Below are positions 40,053-57,932 of a stretch of DNA of 64,000 nucleotides, one piece after another. The DNA comes from the human T2T-CHM13v2.0 reference genome, Homo sapiens. Positions within the stretch are counted from its first letter, which is position 1. Each line of letters begins with the position of its first letter. The notes beneath the pieces are model-generated. The model was not told the DNA's origin. It was given only the letters and a program-made list of their open reading frames with translations, and ran no database searches. The stretch lies in the NCBI RefSeq assembly GCF_009914755.1, contig NC_060947.1. One strand, 5' to 3'. The translations under genes were made by a program, and so were the position numbers.

Positions 40053-41074
40053 TTTATTAGAGCTTCCAGAAACCCATTTGCTAATGCAAATTAACAGTTA
40101 AGAATATGGAATTACTGTTAGAAGGCATTCAATTTTAAGCTTTTCTGGCATATGGCTGAAGCCAAGTAGCAAGAACAAAATTATACCACCCTGTTCAGGA
40201 TAAAGAGAATGGACTTTGGAATTGGAGAGACCAGAAAGACCTGTATTTAAATCCTGGCTCTGCCATTTTGTAGCCTGTGTGACCTTGAACAAGTAGGTCA
40301 TCCTCTCTGAGCTCTGGTTTCCTGTTCTGTAAAATGGGGGATAAAATCTTCACAGGGTACTGTAAAAATTAGATGGCAGTATAGACCCCAATGCATAGCA
40401 GGTACTGAAAAAAAAATATTAGCTCCCTTACCTTCCTCTACCAACAAAATATTTATTAGACCTACACAGCTACCAATAGCCACAGGTGGCTACATTACCT
40501 TAAATTAACTAAAATCAACTAAAATTTAAAATACAGTTTTTCAGTTACACTAGTAACCTTTCAAGTATGTAGTAGCTACACGTTGCTAGAAGCTATTGTA
40601 GTGGAAAACTCAGATATAGAACATTTGACATTTCCTCCAAAAACAGGGAATCCCCAAATTACAATCCAATTTAGGGAGATACATGCTCTTGATTTCCTGT
40701 ATCTCCTGTCAACTCCAGACATGACTTTGAAGCCAGCTAATATTAGGAACCGAGTTACAAGCTCACAAAAGGAAACCTCATTTCAGCGAGATCACCCTTG
40801 TAATTACAAAAATGCTCTCAAATAGTTCAAGTAGAAAGGGCACCGGGATAGGGAGAAGGGGCAGATAACAGTTTCACTTTGGTTATAGACGGGAAGAGAA
40901 AACTAGTGTCTCTCCGCTCTTTGATGCAATTCCCTTCTACTCTAGTGAAGGATGGCAAGGGAGATGGAAAAAATATGACCTCATCCTGGGTCATGGTCCA
41001 TTCTATGTCACTGACAACAAGATAATATTCCCTTTCCACCCTCTACTCTTCAGGCTAAATGTGGCCATTATTCT

Positions 41075-41472
41075 TTTATTTATTTATTTTTTTATTTATT
41101 TAAGTTTTAGGGTACATGTGTACAACGTGCAGGTTAGTTCCATATGTATACATGTGCCATGTTGGTGTGCTGCACCCATTAACTCGTCATTTAACATTAG
41201 GTATATCTCCTAATGCTACCCCTCCCCCCTCCCCCCTCCTCCAACCCCCCACCCCACAACAGGCCCCTGTGTGTGATGTTCCCCTTCCTGTGTCCGTGTG
41301 TTCTCATTGTTCAATTCCCACCTATGAGTCAGAACACGCAGTGTTTGGTTTTTTGTCCTTGCGATAGTTTGCTGAGAATGATGGTTTCCAGCTTCATCCG
41401 TGTCCCTACAAAGGACATGAACTCATCATTTTTTATGGCTGCATAGTATTCCATGGTGTATATGTGCCACAT
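41075..41472 (-). mobile_element. 5'-truncated L1PA 3' end (~400 bp), same sense as OPHN1
   Basis: Reverse complement of the L1PA ORF2 end, 3'UTR and A-rich tail. Confidence 0.93.
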
Positions 41473-42004
41473 TATTTTTCAGACATAGATTACCTTGTAA
41501 GAGGGTAATAACATTACCACATCAGCTGTGTGGGTACATTCCCAGATTGCTTGAGCAAAGGGGTTTACTCTATGCCAGATACTTTACATATGTGGTTGGT
41601 ATTAAGTAGAGCTGCTCTGTGTCTGTACAGCAAATTTCTCTTCCACCAGTGACTGCTTCCTTCTCTATATACAGATTAGAGACACAATACACACTTGCTG
41701 AATCAAATTCTCTTGCATCTTTCTGAACTAACTCATTTTCCTTGGATATGCAGCAAATAAAACACTTTTATACTGCTAGTGATGAGTGATGATATAAATT
41801 GACACAACCATTTTGTAGACCAATTTGGCAACACATCTAGTAAAAATGCATAGATTCTACAACATAGAAATTCTATTTCTAAGTATATACCCAGGAGAAG
41901 AGTTGAAATATGCACAAGGAGACATGTAAATCACTGTCACAGGAGTATTGTTTGCACTCACATAAAAAATGGAAGCAAATGACTCATCCATCAATAAGAG
42001 AATG

Positions 42005-42289
42005 AGCCTGGCACAATGCCTCACAATCCAAACACTTTGGGAGGCCAAGGCTGGAGGATCACTTGAGACCAGGAGTTCGAGACCAGTCTGGGCAATACAG
42101 GGAGACCTCATCTCAACAAAAATATTAAAAATTTGTGAGGTTTGGTGGTACATGCCTATAGTTTCAGCTACTCGGGTGGCTGCAATGGGAAGATTGCTTG
42201 AGCCTGGGAGTTTAAGGCTATAGTGAGCTGTGATTGTGCCACTGTACTCCACCCTGGGCAACAAAGCAAAGCCTTGTCTCAAAAAAAAG
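42005..42289 (+). mobile_element. AluJ-like
   Basis: Diverged dimeric Alu inside an L1ME-like fragment. Confidence 0.85.
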
Positions 42290-45200
42290 ATAATTGTTTA
42301 AGAAATCATGAGAAAAAAAGCAATATATAAAAGAGCACCTGCAGATCATTCCTTTTTTATAAATATGAAAATCAGTAGTAGCAAACATTTGTATGTTATG
42401 TACTATATGTACCAAACTATTCTGAGCATTTTACACATAATAAGGCATTTTATCCCCACAACTCTATGTGGTAAGTACTATAATTTATCCCATATTATAG
42501 ATAATGAAACTAAGGCAAAAAGAAGTTAAGTGACTTGCCTACACTCACCAGCTACTAAGTTGAAGAGCCAAGATGCAAACCCAGGTAGTCTGGCTCCAGA
42601 GTCCACTGTCTTAACCAGTATATTATGTAAAACAATACTATATACTGCTTAGGGAAATTCACCTATGAGATAAAAGGGAAGGAAAGTCATCATAGAGGAA
42701 GAAGGTCCATATATGAGGATAATCAGGAGGATAAACCCATAAAGCCATTGTCTCCATGTATGAAGAAACACGGATTGCTGGTGGAAGGTGCTACAAAGGA
42801 GATATTAAGGTTTTCTAATGTTCTTTTCCATTTTTTGAAATTATAACATATACTCTGAAAAATACACTATACAAATGTCAAAAAATTTTCACAAACTGAA
42901 CACACCCATGTCATCAGCACCCAAGGTCAAAACAACAAAATATTACCTGAACCCTTGAAAGCCCCTTTGTGATTCTTTTTTTTTTTTCAGTAACACCCCG
43001 ACTCTTGGAGGTAACCACTAACCTGGCTTCTAACATCATCACTTAGTTTTACCTGTTTTTGCACTTTATAGAAATGGACTCATATAGCAGGTAATCTTTC
43101 GTGACTGTTTTTTTTTAACTCAACCTTGTATTTCTCAGATTCATCTATGTTACGGTGAACAACAGCTCTAGTTCATTTGTTCTCATTGCTATAGAATAAT
43201 GACAATTTGCCACAATGTATATATCCATTGAACTGGTGACAGGCATTATTAATCTTTTTTTTAATCTTCTGATACGAGCCCCACAAAGCAGGGTTCAGAG
43301 TGCAGGGTAGTAGAAAGAGCACAGTCCCTGGAGTAACAAAAATCTGTTTTAAACTAGCTTCTGTTAATAACTATGTGTCCTTCTACAAGTTATTTGGCCA
43401 TTATGGGTCTTGACTTCCACATCTGTAGGATACAAATAATAATAATTGAAAGGACATAAACCAAGTACCTAGTACATGGTAGTTATTATTGTAAGGCTTA
43501 TAAAATGTTTGCTACAGACTTGGAAATCACTTACGGATTACTGTCACATAGCTTAATTCTTTAGCACCTTGGCCACTTGATCTTCCCTGCTAATGCACTC
43601 TGGTAGCCATTGAAACCCAAACATGGAAATTCAAATTATTTGGATCTATCAATGGGTGGTTTGCTGATGTTTCCTTCCCCTCTTTCCCAGAGCAAGCACT
43701 GGCCTTTGGAATGCAGACCAACACTAACACCTTTGTCTTCATCTACACTGTCAGGTTTGTGCCATCTTTGATACGTTTTCAGTCTCATCTACCTCCAGAA
43801 CAGGTCCTTTTCTTAAAGTTCTTTCTGTGATAACTGTACATGGATGAGAAACATCATTAAGACTGACAATCCCATGTCCTGTCATCAATGCCCTCTTGCC
43901 TGCCATCTCTTGGGTGAGAACACACTATATCATAGCTTCCACACTAGCTCCCACTCTCCATGAAGTGGGTTAAATGCAGACTCAGATGTCTTAGTCAGAC
44001 AATTTGGCCCTGGTCCCACCAGAAACCACAAAAAAGCTCAATTCAGTGGCTGTTCCTCTCTGGCAAGGGCACCCTTGAAAAAGAACTGAAAACATCATAC
44101 TGTGGGCAACTCTGACAAGACCCAAAAAATATGAATCAAAGGGTACAAATACCCTCCCTGTCATAAGGCTAGAGGGGATGACTGAGTCTTTATTCTGCCA
44201 TCCCTACTGGACAGTCTAGCATTCTACACTGCGGGATGAAAGACCCATTATAAACAGAGCTGGACTAAGACTTGCTTGTCCTCCCTTAATCTTGGGTCAG
44301 AGAAGTCGGTGGGGGGAGGCGGGGAAGTTGCATGATTATAGGAAGGCGAATAGTGGTGAGAACAGTTCTGCAAATCAAGTGATAAAGTGTACACATGGGG
44401 AAGGATGCACAAACTTTGCATGTGTTGGGAATTTTGAGAGGTGGGAGGGATAGGAGTGAACCAAAAAGAAATCTAGAGTGTGGCTGCTCAAAGAACTTTA
44501 AACATAGTAGAGAAGAAATTAGGAAAAAGGGGCAAAGAAAGGAATCATCCTTCATCTATCGTTGGCTCCAGAAATTAACTCTTACATTAACCCAATATAA
44601 GATATGTCAAAATTCATGGACTCGCAGCCAAAGAACTTGGGTTCAAATCCTGGATTGTCCACTTCTTTTTGCCACTGTCAAATAAGTCTATTAATAATAT
44701 CAATAAGATTACATTAAGGTTCCAGACTAGAATAGTAATGTTATAACCCCTAAAATGAAAAATGAAGGTGTGGTTGATGGGAGTTGAGGGCTAAAAGGGT
44801 TAAGCAAGACAGAAGTGCTAATATCTTCATCTTACAAAGCTAGAGTCAAAAGTTGATGAAATAAGAAATAAGAGTTTAAGTATATTATTTAAAATAACAG
44901 AAGTAAGCAGTACAAGAAGTAAAATGGTCTTATAATTATCAAAGAGTGGAAGAAGAGGGAAAGTAAGGGGGAAGTGTGAGCAATGATCTCCTGTATTCTC
45001 AGCATGGAGAAATAATTTTTAAACTAAAATAAAACATAGCAATATAAGCATTTTAAAATATAAAAATAACTAAGAATGAAACATAAATGGTTAACAGTGG
45101 ATACCTCTGAGTAGTGGATAAACATGAGAAGACTTTTGATTTTCTTTGTGGACTCTGTATTACTATTTTATTTTTAAAAATATGTCTATGCATATATCTG

Positions 45201-45300
45201 TTATAAAATTTTAATTTTTAAAATGGAAAAGTTAGCATTAATTATTTTCTCAAAAAGTAAGGATTGTGAAATAGGGTTAGTCTGATGAAACTGCAGATCA

Positions 45301-45726
<426 letters not shown>

Positions 45727-46857
45727 TCATTGCATAAATATACCAACTCCATACAGAAGTTGAAAGACATAACCTATTTAATTGAAAACAGGAAGATCTA
45801 TCTGGTTTAACCATAAGGAGGTGGTTTACAAATATTTTTAACCAATAGAGTTCTGTTATAAAAGACATGTTGCCCCCAAATTCCACTATAGAAAACACAT
45901 CCAAGGTAAAGTGCCACTTGAAGCATCAATGCCACTTGAAGAAGTTAATCCTGCTTGAATAACAGGATGAGTTTATATGGAATGTGTTCACTATTAGTTC
46001 AGAGCATTCTCTGTGTTATTTTGTTCCTTCCTTCATTGCTTTCATCCTTCCTCCCTACGAACCTCCACTTCTATGACAAAGAGATATCCTCCCACATCCT
46101 GCAAAGCCAGAGACACATACTGGGAGACCTAGTAATATGAAACCTCTTCATATGCCAGTAGCCACTTGGGAAACACTCAATGTTCAACACCCCTATCCCT
46201 CTGTTCCTGCCTCATTCATTAACTTCTCAGTTCTTTTTTGATTTTTAATTCACAGTAAGTCCATCGTCAATCGGACAGTTTCATGGAGCACTTTCTATCC
46301 TCCCTATTCTATTACCAGTACTAACAAGAATTACAGTGATGAAAGAAAATTTTTTAGCACATATAATTGATGAAAGAAACTTATTTAGTGCATATTATTT
46401 GCCAGGTACTGTACTAAGAACTTTATATATGTTAACTAATTTAATTAATTAAATAACTATCTGTATATGAATTTTCATCAAATACTTCCTCCTCTTGATT
46501 CTAAAGCCTGATAAAGCCCATGAACTATCTACCAAATGGGCAGGAGCTACCTATCAAATGTAATTTCTTTGTCTAGGTCAGTGTTATCCAATAGAAAGAT
46601 AATGCAAGCCACACGTAATTTTAAAATGTTTAGTAGTCACATTTCAAAAAGAAAAAATAAATAAGTGGTCAAATATTATCACTTAAACATATAATCAAAA
46701 TTAAATGTTAATATTTTCTATTTTTTCAAACTGTCTTCAAAATCCAGAGTATATTTTAGGGTATATTTTCCACTTACAGTGCAACGAGTTCTGTGTACTG
46801 TATTTCTAGTACTCAGCGGACAAATATTTAGTTAATTACCCTCAGAATCTCAAACTA

Positions 46858-47373
46858 GGTGCTGGGAAAACTGGCTACCCATATGTAGGCAGCTGAAACT
46901 GGATCCCTTCCTTACATCTTATACAAAAATTAATTCAAGATGGATTAAAGACTTACATGTTAGACCTAAAACCATAAAAACCCTAGAAGAAAACCTAGGC
47001 AATACCATTCAGGACATAGGCATGGGCAAGGACTTCATGTCTAAAACACCAAAAGCAATGGCAACAAAAGACAAAATTGACAAATGGGATCTAATTAAAC
47101 TAAAGAGCTTCTGCACAGCAAAAGGACCTATCATCAGAGTGAACAGGCACCCTACAGAATGGGAGAAAATTTTTGCAATCTACTCATCTGACAAAGGGCT
47201 AATATCTAGAATCTACAAAGAACTCAAACAAATTTACAAGAAAAAAACAAACAACCCCATCAAAAAGTGAGCAAAGGATATGAACAGACACTTCTCAAGA
47301 GAAGACATTTATGCAGCCAAAAGACACATGAAAAAATGCTCATCATCACTGGCCATTAGAGAAATGCAAATCA
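46858..47373 (+). mobile_element. L1PA ORF2 fragment (516 bp) abutting the 5' end of L1-C
   Basis: ggtgctgggaaaactgg...gaaatgcaaatca, preceded by the TSD copy AGAATCTCAAACTA at 46844-46857. Confidence 0.93.
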
Positions 47374-48400
47374 GGGTAAAGCCAAGATGGCCCAATAGGA
47401 ACAGCTCCAGTCTACAGCTCCCAGTGTGTGCGACGTAGAAGATGGGTGATTTCTGCATTTCCAACTGAGGTACTGGGTTCATCTCACTGGGGAGTGTCAG
47501 AAAGTGGGTGCAGGACAGTGGGTGCAGTGCACCAAGCATGAGCCAAAGCAGGGCGAGGCATTGCCTCACCCGGGAAGTGCAAGGGGTCAGGGAATTCCCT
47601 TTCCTAGTCAAAGAAAGGAGTGACAGACAGCCCCTGGAAAATCGGGTCACTCCCACCCTAATACTGTGCTTTTCCAACGGTCTTAGCAAACGACACACCA
47701 GGAGATTATATCCCATGCATGGCTTGGAGGGTCCTACGCCCACAGAGCCTCACTCACTGCTAGCACAGCAGTCTGAGATCAAACTGCAAGGCAGCAGCGA
47801 GGCTGGGGGAGGGGCGCCCGCCATTGCCCCTATGCTTGAGTAGGTAAACAAAGCAGCCGGGAAGCTCAAACTGGGTGGAGCCCACCGCAGCTCAAGGAGG
47901 CCTGCCTGCCTCTGTAGACTCCACCTCTGGGGGCAGGGTATTGCCAAACAAAAGGCAGCAGAATCTTCTGCAGACTTAAATGTCCCTGTCTGACAGCTTT
48001 GAAGAGACTAGCAGTTTTCCCAGCACGCAGCTGGAGATCTGAGAACAGACAGACTGCCTCCTCAAGTGGGTCCCTGACCCCCAAGTAGCCTAACTGGGAG
48101 GCATCCCCCAGTAGGGACAGACTGACACCTCACACAGCCAGGTACTCCTCTGAGACAAAACTTCCAGAGGAATGATCAGGCAGCAACATTTGATGTTTGT
48201 CAATATCTGCTGTTCTGCAACCTCTGCTGCCGAAACCAGGCAAACAGGGTCTGGAGTGGACCTCCAACAAACTCCAACAGACCTGAAGCTGAGGGTCCTG
48301 ACTGTTACAAGGAAAACTAACAAACAGAAAGGACATCCACACCAAAACCCCATCTGTACGTCAAAATCATCAAAGACCAAAGGTAGATAAAACCACAAAG

Positions 48401-49417
48401 ATGGGGAAAAAACAGAGAAGAAAAACTGGAAACTCTAAAACTCAGAGCACCTCTCCTCCTCCAAAGGAATGCAGCTCCTCACCAGCATCAGAACAAAGAT
48501 GGATGAAGAATGACTTTGACGAGTTGAGAGAAGAAGGCTTCAGATGATCAAACTACTCCGAGCTAAAGGAGGAAGTTTGAACCCATGGCAAAGAAGTTAA
48601 AAACCTTGAAAAAAAATTAGATGAATGGCTAACTAGAATAACCAATGCAGAGAACTCCTTAAAGGACCTGAAGGAGCTGAAAGTCAAGGCACAAGAACTA
48701 CATGATGAATGCACAAGCCTCTGTAGCCAATTCGATCAAGTGGAAGAAAGGGTATCAGTGACGGAAGATCAAATGAATGAAATGAAGTGAGAAGAGAGGT
48801 TTAGAGAAAAAAGAATAAAAAGAAACAAACAAAGCCTCCAAGAAATATGGGACTATGTGAAAAGACCAAATCTACGTCTGATTGGTGTACCTGAAAGTGA
48901 CGGGGAGAATGGAACCAAGTTGGAAAACACTCTGCAGGATATTATCCAGGAGAACTTCCCCAATCTAGCAAGGCAGGCCAACATTCACATTCAGGAAATA
49001 CAGAGAACGCCACAAAGATACTCCTCGAGAAGAGCAACTCCAAGACACATAATTGTCAGATTCACCAAAGTTCACATGAAGGAAAAAATGTTAAGGGCAG
49101 CCAGAAAGAAAGGTCGGGTTACCCACAAAGGGAAGTCCCTCAGACTAACAGCTGATCGCTCGGCAGAAACTCTAGAAGCCAAAAGAGAGTGGGGGCCAAT
49201 ATTCAACATTCTTAAGGAAAAGAATTCTCAACCCAGAATTTCATATCCAGCCAAACTAAGCTTCATGAGTAAAGGAGAAATAAAATCCTTTACAGACAAG
49301 CAAATGCTGAGAGATTTTGTCACCACCAGGCCTCCCCTACAAGAGCTCCTGAAGGAAGCACTAAACATGGAAAGGAACAACCGGTACCAGCCACTGCAAA
49401 AACATGCCAAATTGTAA
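48401..49417 (+). pseudogene. L1-C ORF1p, disrupted
   Basis: MGKKQ start, internal TGA stops, ends ...QKHAKL*. Confidence 0.9.
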
Positions 49418-49480
49418 AGACTATCAATGCTAGGAAGAAACTGCATCAACTAACGAGCAAAATCACTAGCTAACATCGTA

Positions 49481-53364
<3,884 letters not shown>

Positions 53365-54073
53365 ACAATGAGAACACATGGACACAGGAAGGGGAACATC
53401 ACACACTGGGGCCTGTTGTGGGGTGGGGGGAGGGGGGAGGGATAGCATTAGGAGATATACCTAATGTAAATGACGAGTTAATGGGTGCAGCACACCAACA
53501 TGGCACATGTATACATATGTAACAAACCTGCACGTTGTGCACATGTACCCTAGAACTTAAATTATAATAATAATTAAAAAAAAAGAATCTCAAACTAACA
53601 GAAGATCAGATTTGGAATATTTGTCCATTGTTCTTGTTGTCATGAGCCATGAGAAAACTAAGGTTCGGAGAGAAGTGCTGTTTCCTGCAAAGTGAAATGA
53701 GCCCTAGACTTACAACCAGATCTCAATTCATATCCAAGCTACTGAGTGACCTTAGAGGCTACACCTCACTGAACTTAGTGTCCCCACCTGTTAATGGGGG
53801 ATAATAACTTTTGCAAGATTGTTCTGAGGTTCAAATGAGAACTGGATATGTATGAGTAAGGGCCTAATATAGCACCTATCACAACCAGTGAACTCACAAA
53901 GCCAGCTAGCAGCAGTGCTGGGTATACCAGGCTAAGTCCAATCAGGAGATAGAAAACCTTACAAATAATTGACATATAAGAAAACTCTATATGGTACTCT
54001 AAGTTTAAGGAAAAGTACTCAAATAAGGAGAAATTTTAATGGGGTTCAGACCTCACTTGAAAAGCAGTAATTT

Positions 54074-54380
54074 GGTGGGGCGTGGTAGCTCACGCCTGTA
54101 ATTCTAACACTTTGGGAGGCCAAGCCAGGAGGGCTGCTTGAGCTCAGGCATTCGAGACCAGTCTGGGCAACATGGCGAAACCCTATCTCTACAGAAATTA
54201 CAAAAAAAAAAAAAAAATTAGCCAGGCATGGTGGTATGTGCCTGTAGTCCCAGCAACTTGAGAGGCTGAGGTGAGAGGATCACCTGAGCCCAGGGAGGTT
54301 GAGGCTGAAGTGAGCCATGATTCTGCCACTGCACCTCAGTATGGGTGACAGAGTGAGACCCACCCTGTCTCACAAAAAAA
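54074..54380 (+). mobile_element. AluJ-like
   Basis: TSD GAAAAG(C/G)AGTAATTT. Confidence 0.9.
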
Positions 54381-55258
54381 GAAAAGGAGTAATTTAACAC
54401 TCCGGATAGCAGAATGTTTGCTGATTTGGCCCGGTGGTTCATAGTTACTATGTAAGCAGGAGGCAACTCACCAGATTACAAAAAAGCAGGCCAACAGTGA
54501 CCAGCGGAGAAGGTATAAAGAGAAGGTGGGAAAACTGAGTTGCAGGTGAGCTCAACGGGGCCAGCCTTGTTTGGTGAGAACCCCCTAGGGTGCAAGCTCA
54601 ATGTATGAGGGCCCTGCAGAGAGGGTAATAGCTGCATGATAACTCTTCAGCCAGCAAGTGGGCCATGTGGGGTAGGGGGTCTACAGAAGGAAGCTGAGGG
54701 ACAGCATGGTCATGAAGGCTTCAAGGAGATTGAGGCACCATGTGTCTGGGTGGGTGGCTGGGTCAGAGTTCCATCAGCTGTCCTCCCCACCCTGCCCCAC
54801 CCCCGCCTCAGCTGGAAACTTCAAGAGATCCCCCTCCTCCTGCAACGTCCCTCCAGCTCCCTCTACTGAGAAAGTTTAAGAGTGTGCTCACTATAAAGGA
54901 AAGATGCTTAAAGAAAATCTGTCCATTATCACAGAGCAGGTATTGAGAGGCTTGGAATTGATTGGCAATAAATTGATAACACACAGGGGTAGCCTATAAG
55001 CTTCATTTTGACTATTGGAATTCTAGATAGTTTATTGGAGACATGACTCATACTAAGTTGGTCTTCTTTGTAGATATGCAGGTTGGCCTTACTGGTAAAG
55101 AAGTATGAAAAAAGATAGATACATATTTAACCTTTCTGAGACTCACTTTCTTCATTGAGACAATGGATATTAAAAATCCTACCTCACAGGTTTGCTGTGA
55201 GAATTAAGGAAGAAAGCATATGTAAAACCCTCAGTGCAGGCATGGGCCATAGGAAGTG

Positions 55259-55591
55259 CAGTCATGCACCACAAAACAATGTTTTAGTAAACAATGAACC
55301 GCATATACAATGACAGTCCTATAAGATTATAATACAGTATTTTTATATGTATGCTTTATATGTTTAGATAAACAAATACTTACCATTGGGTTATAACTGC
55401 CTATATTATTCAGTACAGTTAACACCCGTACAAGTTTGTAGCCTAGGAGCAATAGGCTATACCATATAGCCTAGTTGTGTATTAGGCTAGACCATCGAGG
55501 TTTGTGTTAAGCAAACTCCTATGAAGTTCACACAACCATGAAAACATGTAATGATGCATTTCTCAGAACAACATTAGGCGACGCATGACTG
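55259..55591. mobile_element. Tigger3a/MER7-like MITE
   Basis: TIRs cagtcatgc...gcatgactg. Confidence 0.8.
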
Positions 55592-55957
55592 CACATAATA
55601 CAAATTCATTTCCATTTGCTCAGATAATATGAGGGCAACCATGGTAGCATATCCTTACTTTCCTAGTGTTATTCTTATAAGGGAATGAAAGTAAATCAAA
55701 TTGTTTCACAAGTGGTTAAGTATTTTTATCCTCAGTTGTAATTTTAAATATACTTCTATTCTTCAATCATATCCTCTCCCAACTAAGTATTGATGTTAAT
55801 GAGACTCCAGTGAAACAAGTATTGCTGGGCTATGAGGGGAACTCACTTTGCTTGAACACCAGTCATTTCTAACAATGCCCATGTCAATCTGATGATAGCA
55901 GGTAGTGGGAGCTCAACCACTAATTTGCTCTTTCTTCTCAAAATTTGGTACTTTCAT

Positions 55958-56008
55958 GGCCAGGCATGGTGGCTCATGCCTGTAATACCAGCACTTTGGG
56001 AGGCTGAG
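55958..56008 (+). mobile_element. Alu 5' stub (~50 bp)
   Basis: ggccaggcatggtggctcatgcctgtaataccagcactttgggaggctgag, then non-Alu sequence. Confidence 0.8.
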
Positions 56009-56615
56009 TTGGCAAGAAAGTGTCTTTTAAAAAAAGAAAAACTTGCTGTTTTCAAATTCTTGATCCAAACTGATTGTCATCATATTCCAAATAATATCTA
56101 CTGGTTGGTATGCTCTTAGTCCTAAGAAAACTAGATGCTTGGACAAGATGCTGTATTTTAGCCCTGGTAGAAGAAACTACCTTTGCTACATGGTGGATAC
56201 ACATTGAGAGCTCATGAAACAGACCTACACCTAGCTGAAAAGATTAAAAATGAAAATTATTAACATCCCTTCAACAGACATTGGAGAATCACAGAGATCC
56301 ATGTGATGGTCAAGCTGAAAAGAATGAAATTAACTGGCACTCAGTATTGTCCAACGGAACTTTGCACAATGATGGAAATGTATTTTATCTGCACTGTCCA
56401 ACACAGTAGCTACTAGACACAAGTGACTGCTGAGCACTTGAAATGTGGCTAGAAAGAATGAGGAGCTGAGTTGTTAATTTAATTTTATTTAAATAGATAG
56501 TAGTTACCATAATAGACAGCAAAGATCTAGACAGCATAGCTTAATGTAAAGAGTATGGAACGTAAAGCTAAAAAGACCTTTAGGTCTAAATCCAGGCCAC
56601 TATCACTTACTAACC

Positions 56616-57027
56616 ACATCAGTCTGTTCTAGCACTGCTATAAAGAAATACCTGAGACTGGGTAATTTATAAAGAAAAGAGATTTAATGGGCTCACAGTT
56701 CTGCAAGCTGTACAGGAAGTACAGCAGCTTCTCCTTTGGTGAAGTCTCAGGAAACAAAATCATGGCAGAAGGTGAAAGGAAAGCAGGTACATCTTACATG
56801 GCCAGAGCAGGAGCAAGAAGTGGGGGAGTTGCTACATACTTTCAAACAACCAGATGTGATGAGAACTCACTCACCACTAGGAGAACAGCATCGAGGGGAT
56901 AGTACTGAACCATTCATGAAGGATCCACCCCCATGATGCAATCACCTCCCACTGGGCCCCACCTCCAACACTGGGAATTACAACTGAACATGAAATTTAG
57001 GTGGGGACACAGATCCAAACTATATCA
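56616..57027 (-). mobile_element. MST-family MaLR LTR inserted in a MIR
   Basis: ctgctataaagaaatacctgagactgggtaattt...ggggacacagatccaaactatatca. Confidence 0.85.
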
Positions 57028-57536
57028 CCAGCTATATAACTTTGGTCATGTTATTTATCTTGTCCAAGGCTCAGTTACCTCATTTGTGAAATGGGGAAAA
57101 TGCCAGAAGCACACAAAGTCCTTGTGATTAAAGAATGAACGTAAAGCACCTAGCCTAGTGCTCAATATAGCAGGCAGTTGATACATGATAGCTAGCTAGT
57201 TTTCCAGACAAAACAACAAAAACACCAAAAGAAGAAGAAACTTATGCACAGATACAGAGCCTGTTGGCCACAAAGTCAGAGGCCAATTCTAGATTTTCTT
57301 ACTCTCTTTCGTGATCATTTTCTCATAGAAACTAATCACCCACCTCCCCACCCCCTTTGTCATGTTAGCTGAGGCTACTATAACAGAATGCCATAGACAG
57401 GGTGACATAAACAACAAACATTTATTTTGCACAGTTTAGGAGGCTGACTAGGCCAAGAGCAAAGCACCAGCAGATTGGTGCATATCTTTGTAAAGTGAAG
57501 AATAGTAGCCCATACAACTATTCGATTGCTATTTTA

Positions 57537-57638
<102 letters not shown>

Positions 57639-57876
57639 CTAGACAAAAAGGAAAAACAAACAAAACAATTTCTAGGTTAACAAGGTTCAGATACAAGATT
57701 CCTTGTTACTACATTTTCATTTATATACCAACCTGCAAAATGTTAAATGGTTTGCTGATTTGTTGGGTTTTGTTACTGTTTGTTTCTATATTGTTTCTGA
57801 AAAATCAAATGCATTGAGAAGAAATGGGAGAAAGAATAAGAGGGGCATTTCTCTGTAACTTTAATGATAGTCTGAC

Positions 57877-57932
57877 CTGAGTTTTTAATCGATAAATATC
57901 TGAAGTGATGTCCAGCAGAGGACACAGGAGAC
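57877..57932 (-). other. Candidate cryptic/poison cassette exon of OPHN1 (56 nt)
   Basis: Strong pyrimidine tract ttctctttctcttctctttttcacctgtccttcag|GTC, donor CAG|gtcaga. In-frame TAA when entered in phase 0. Confidence 0.4.
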
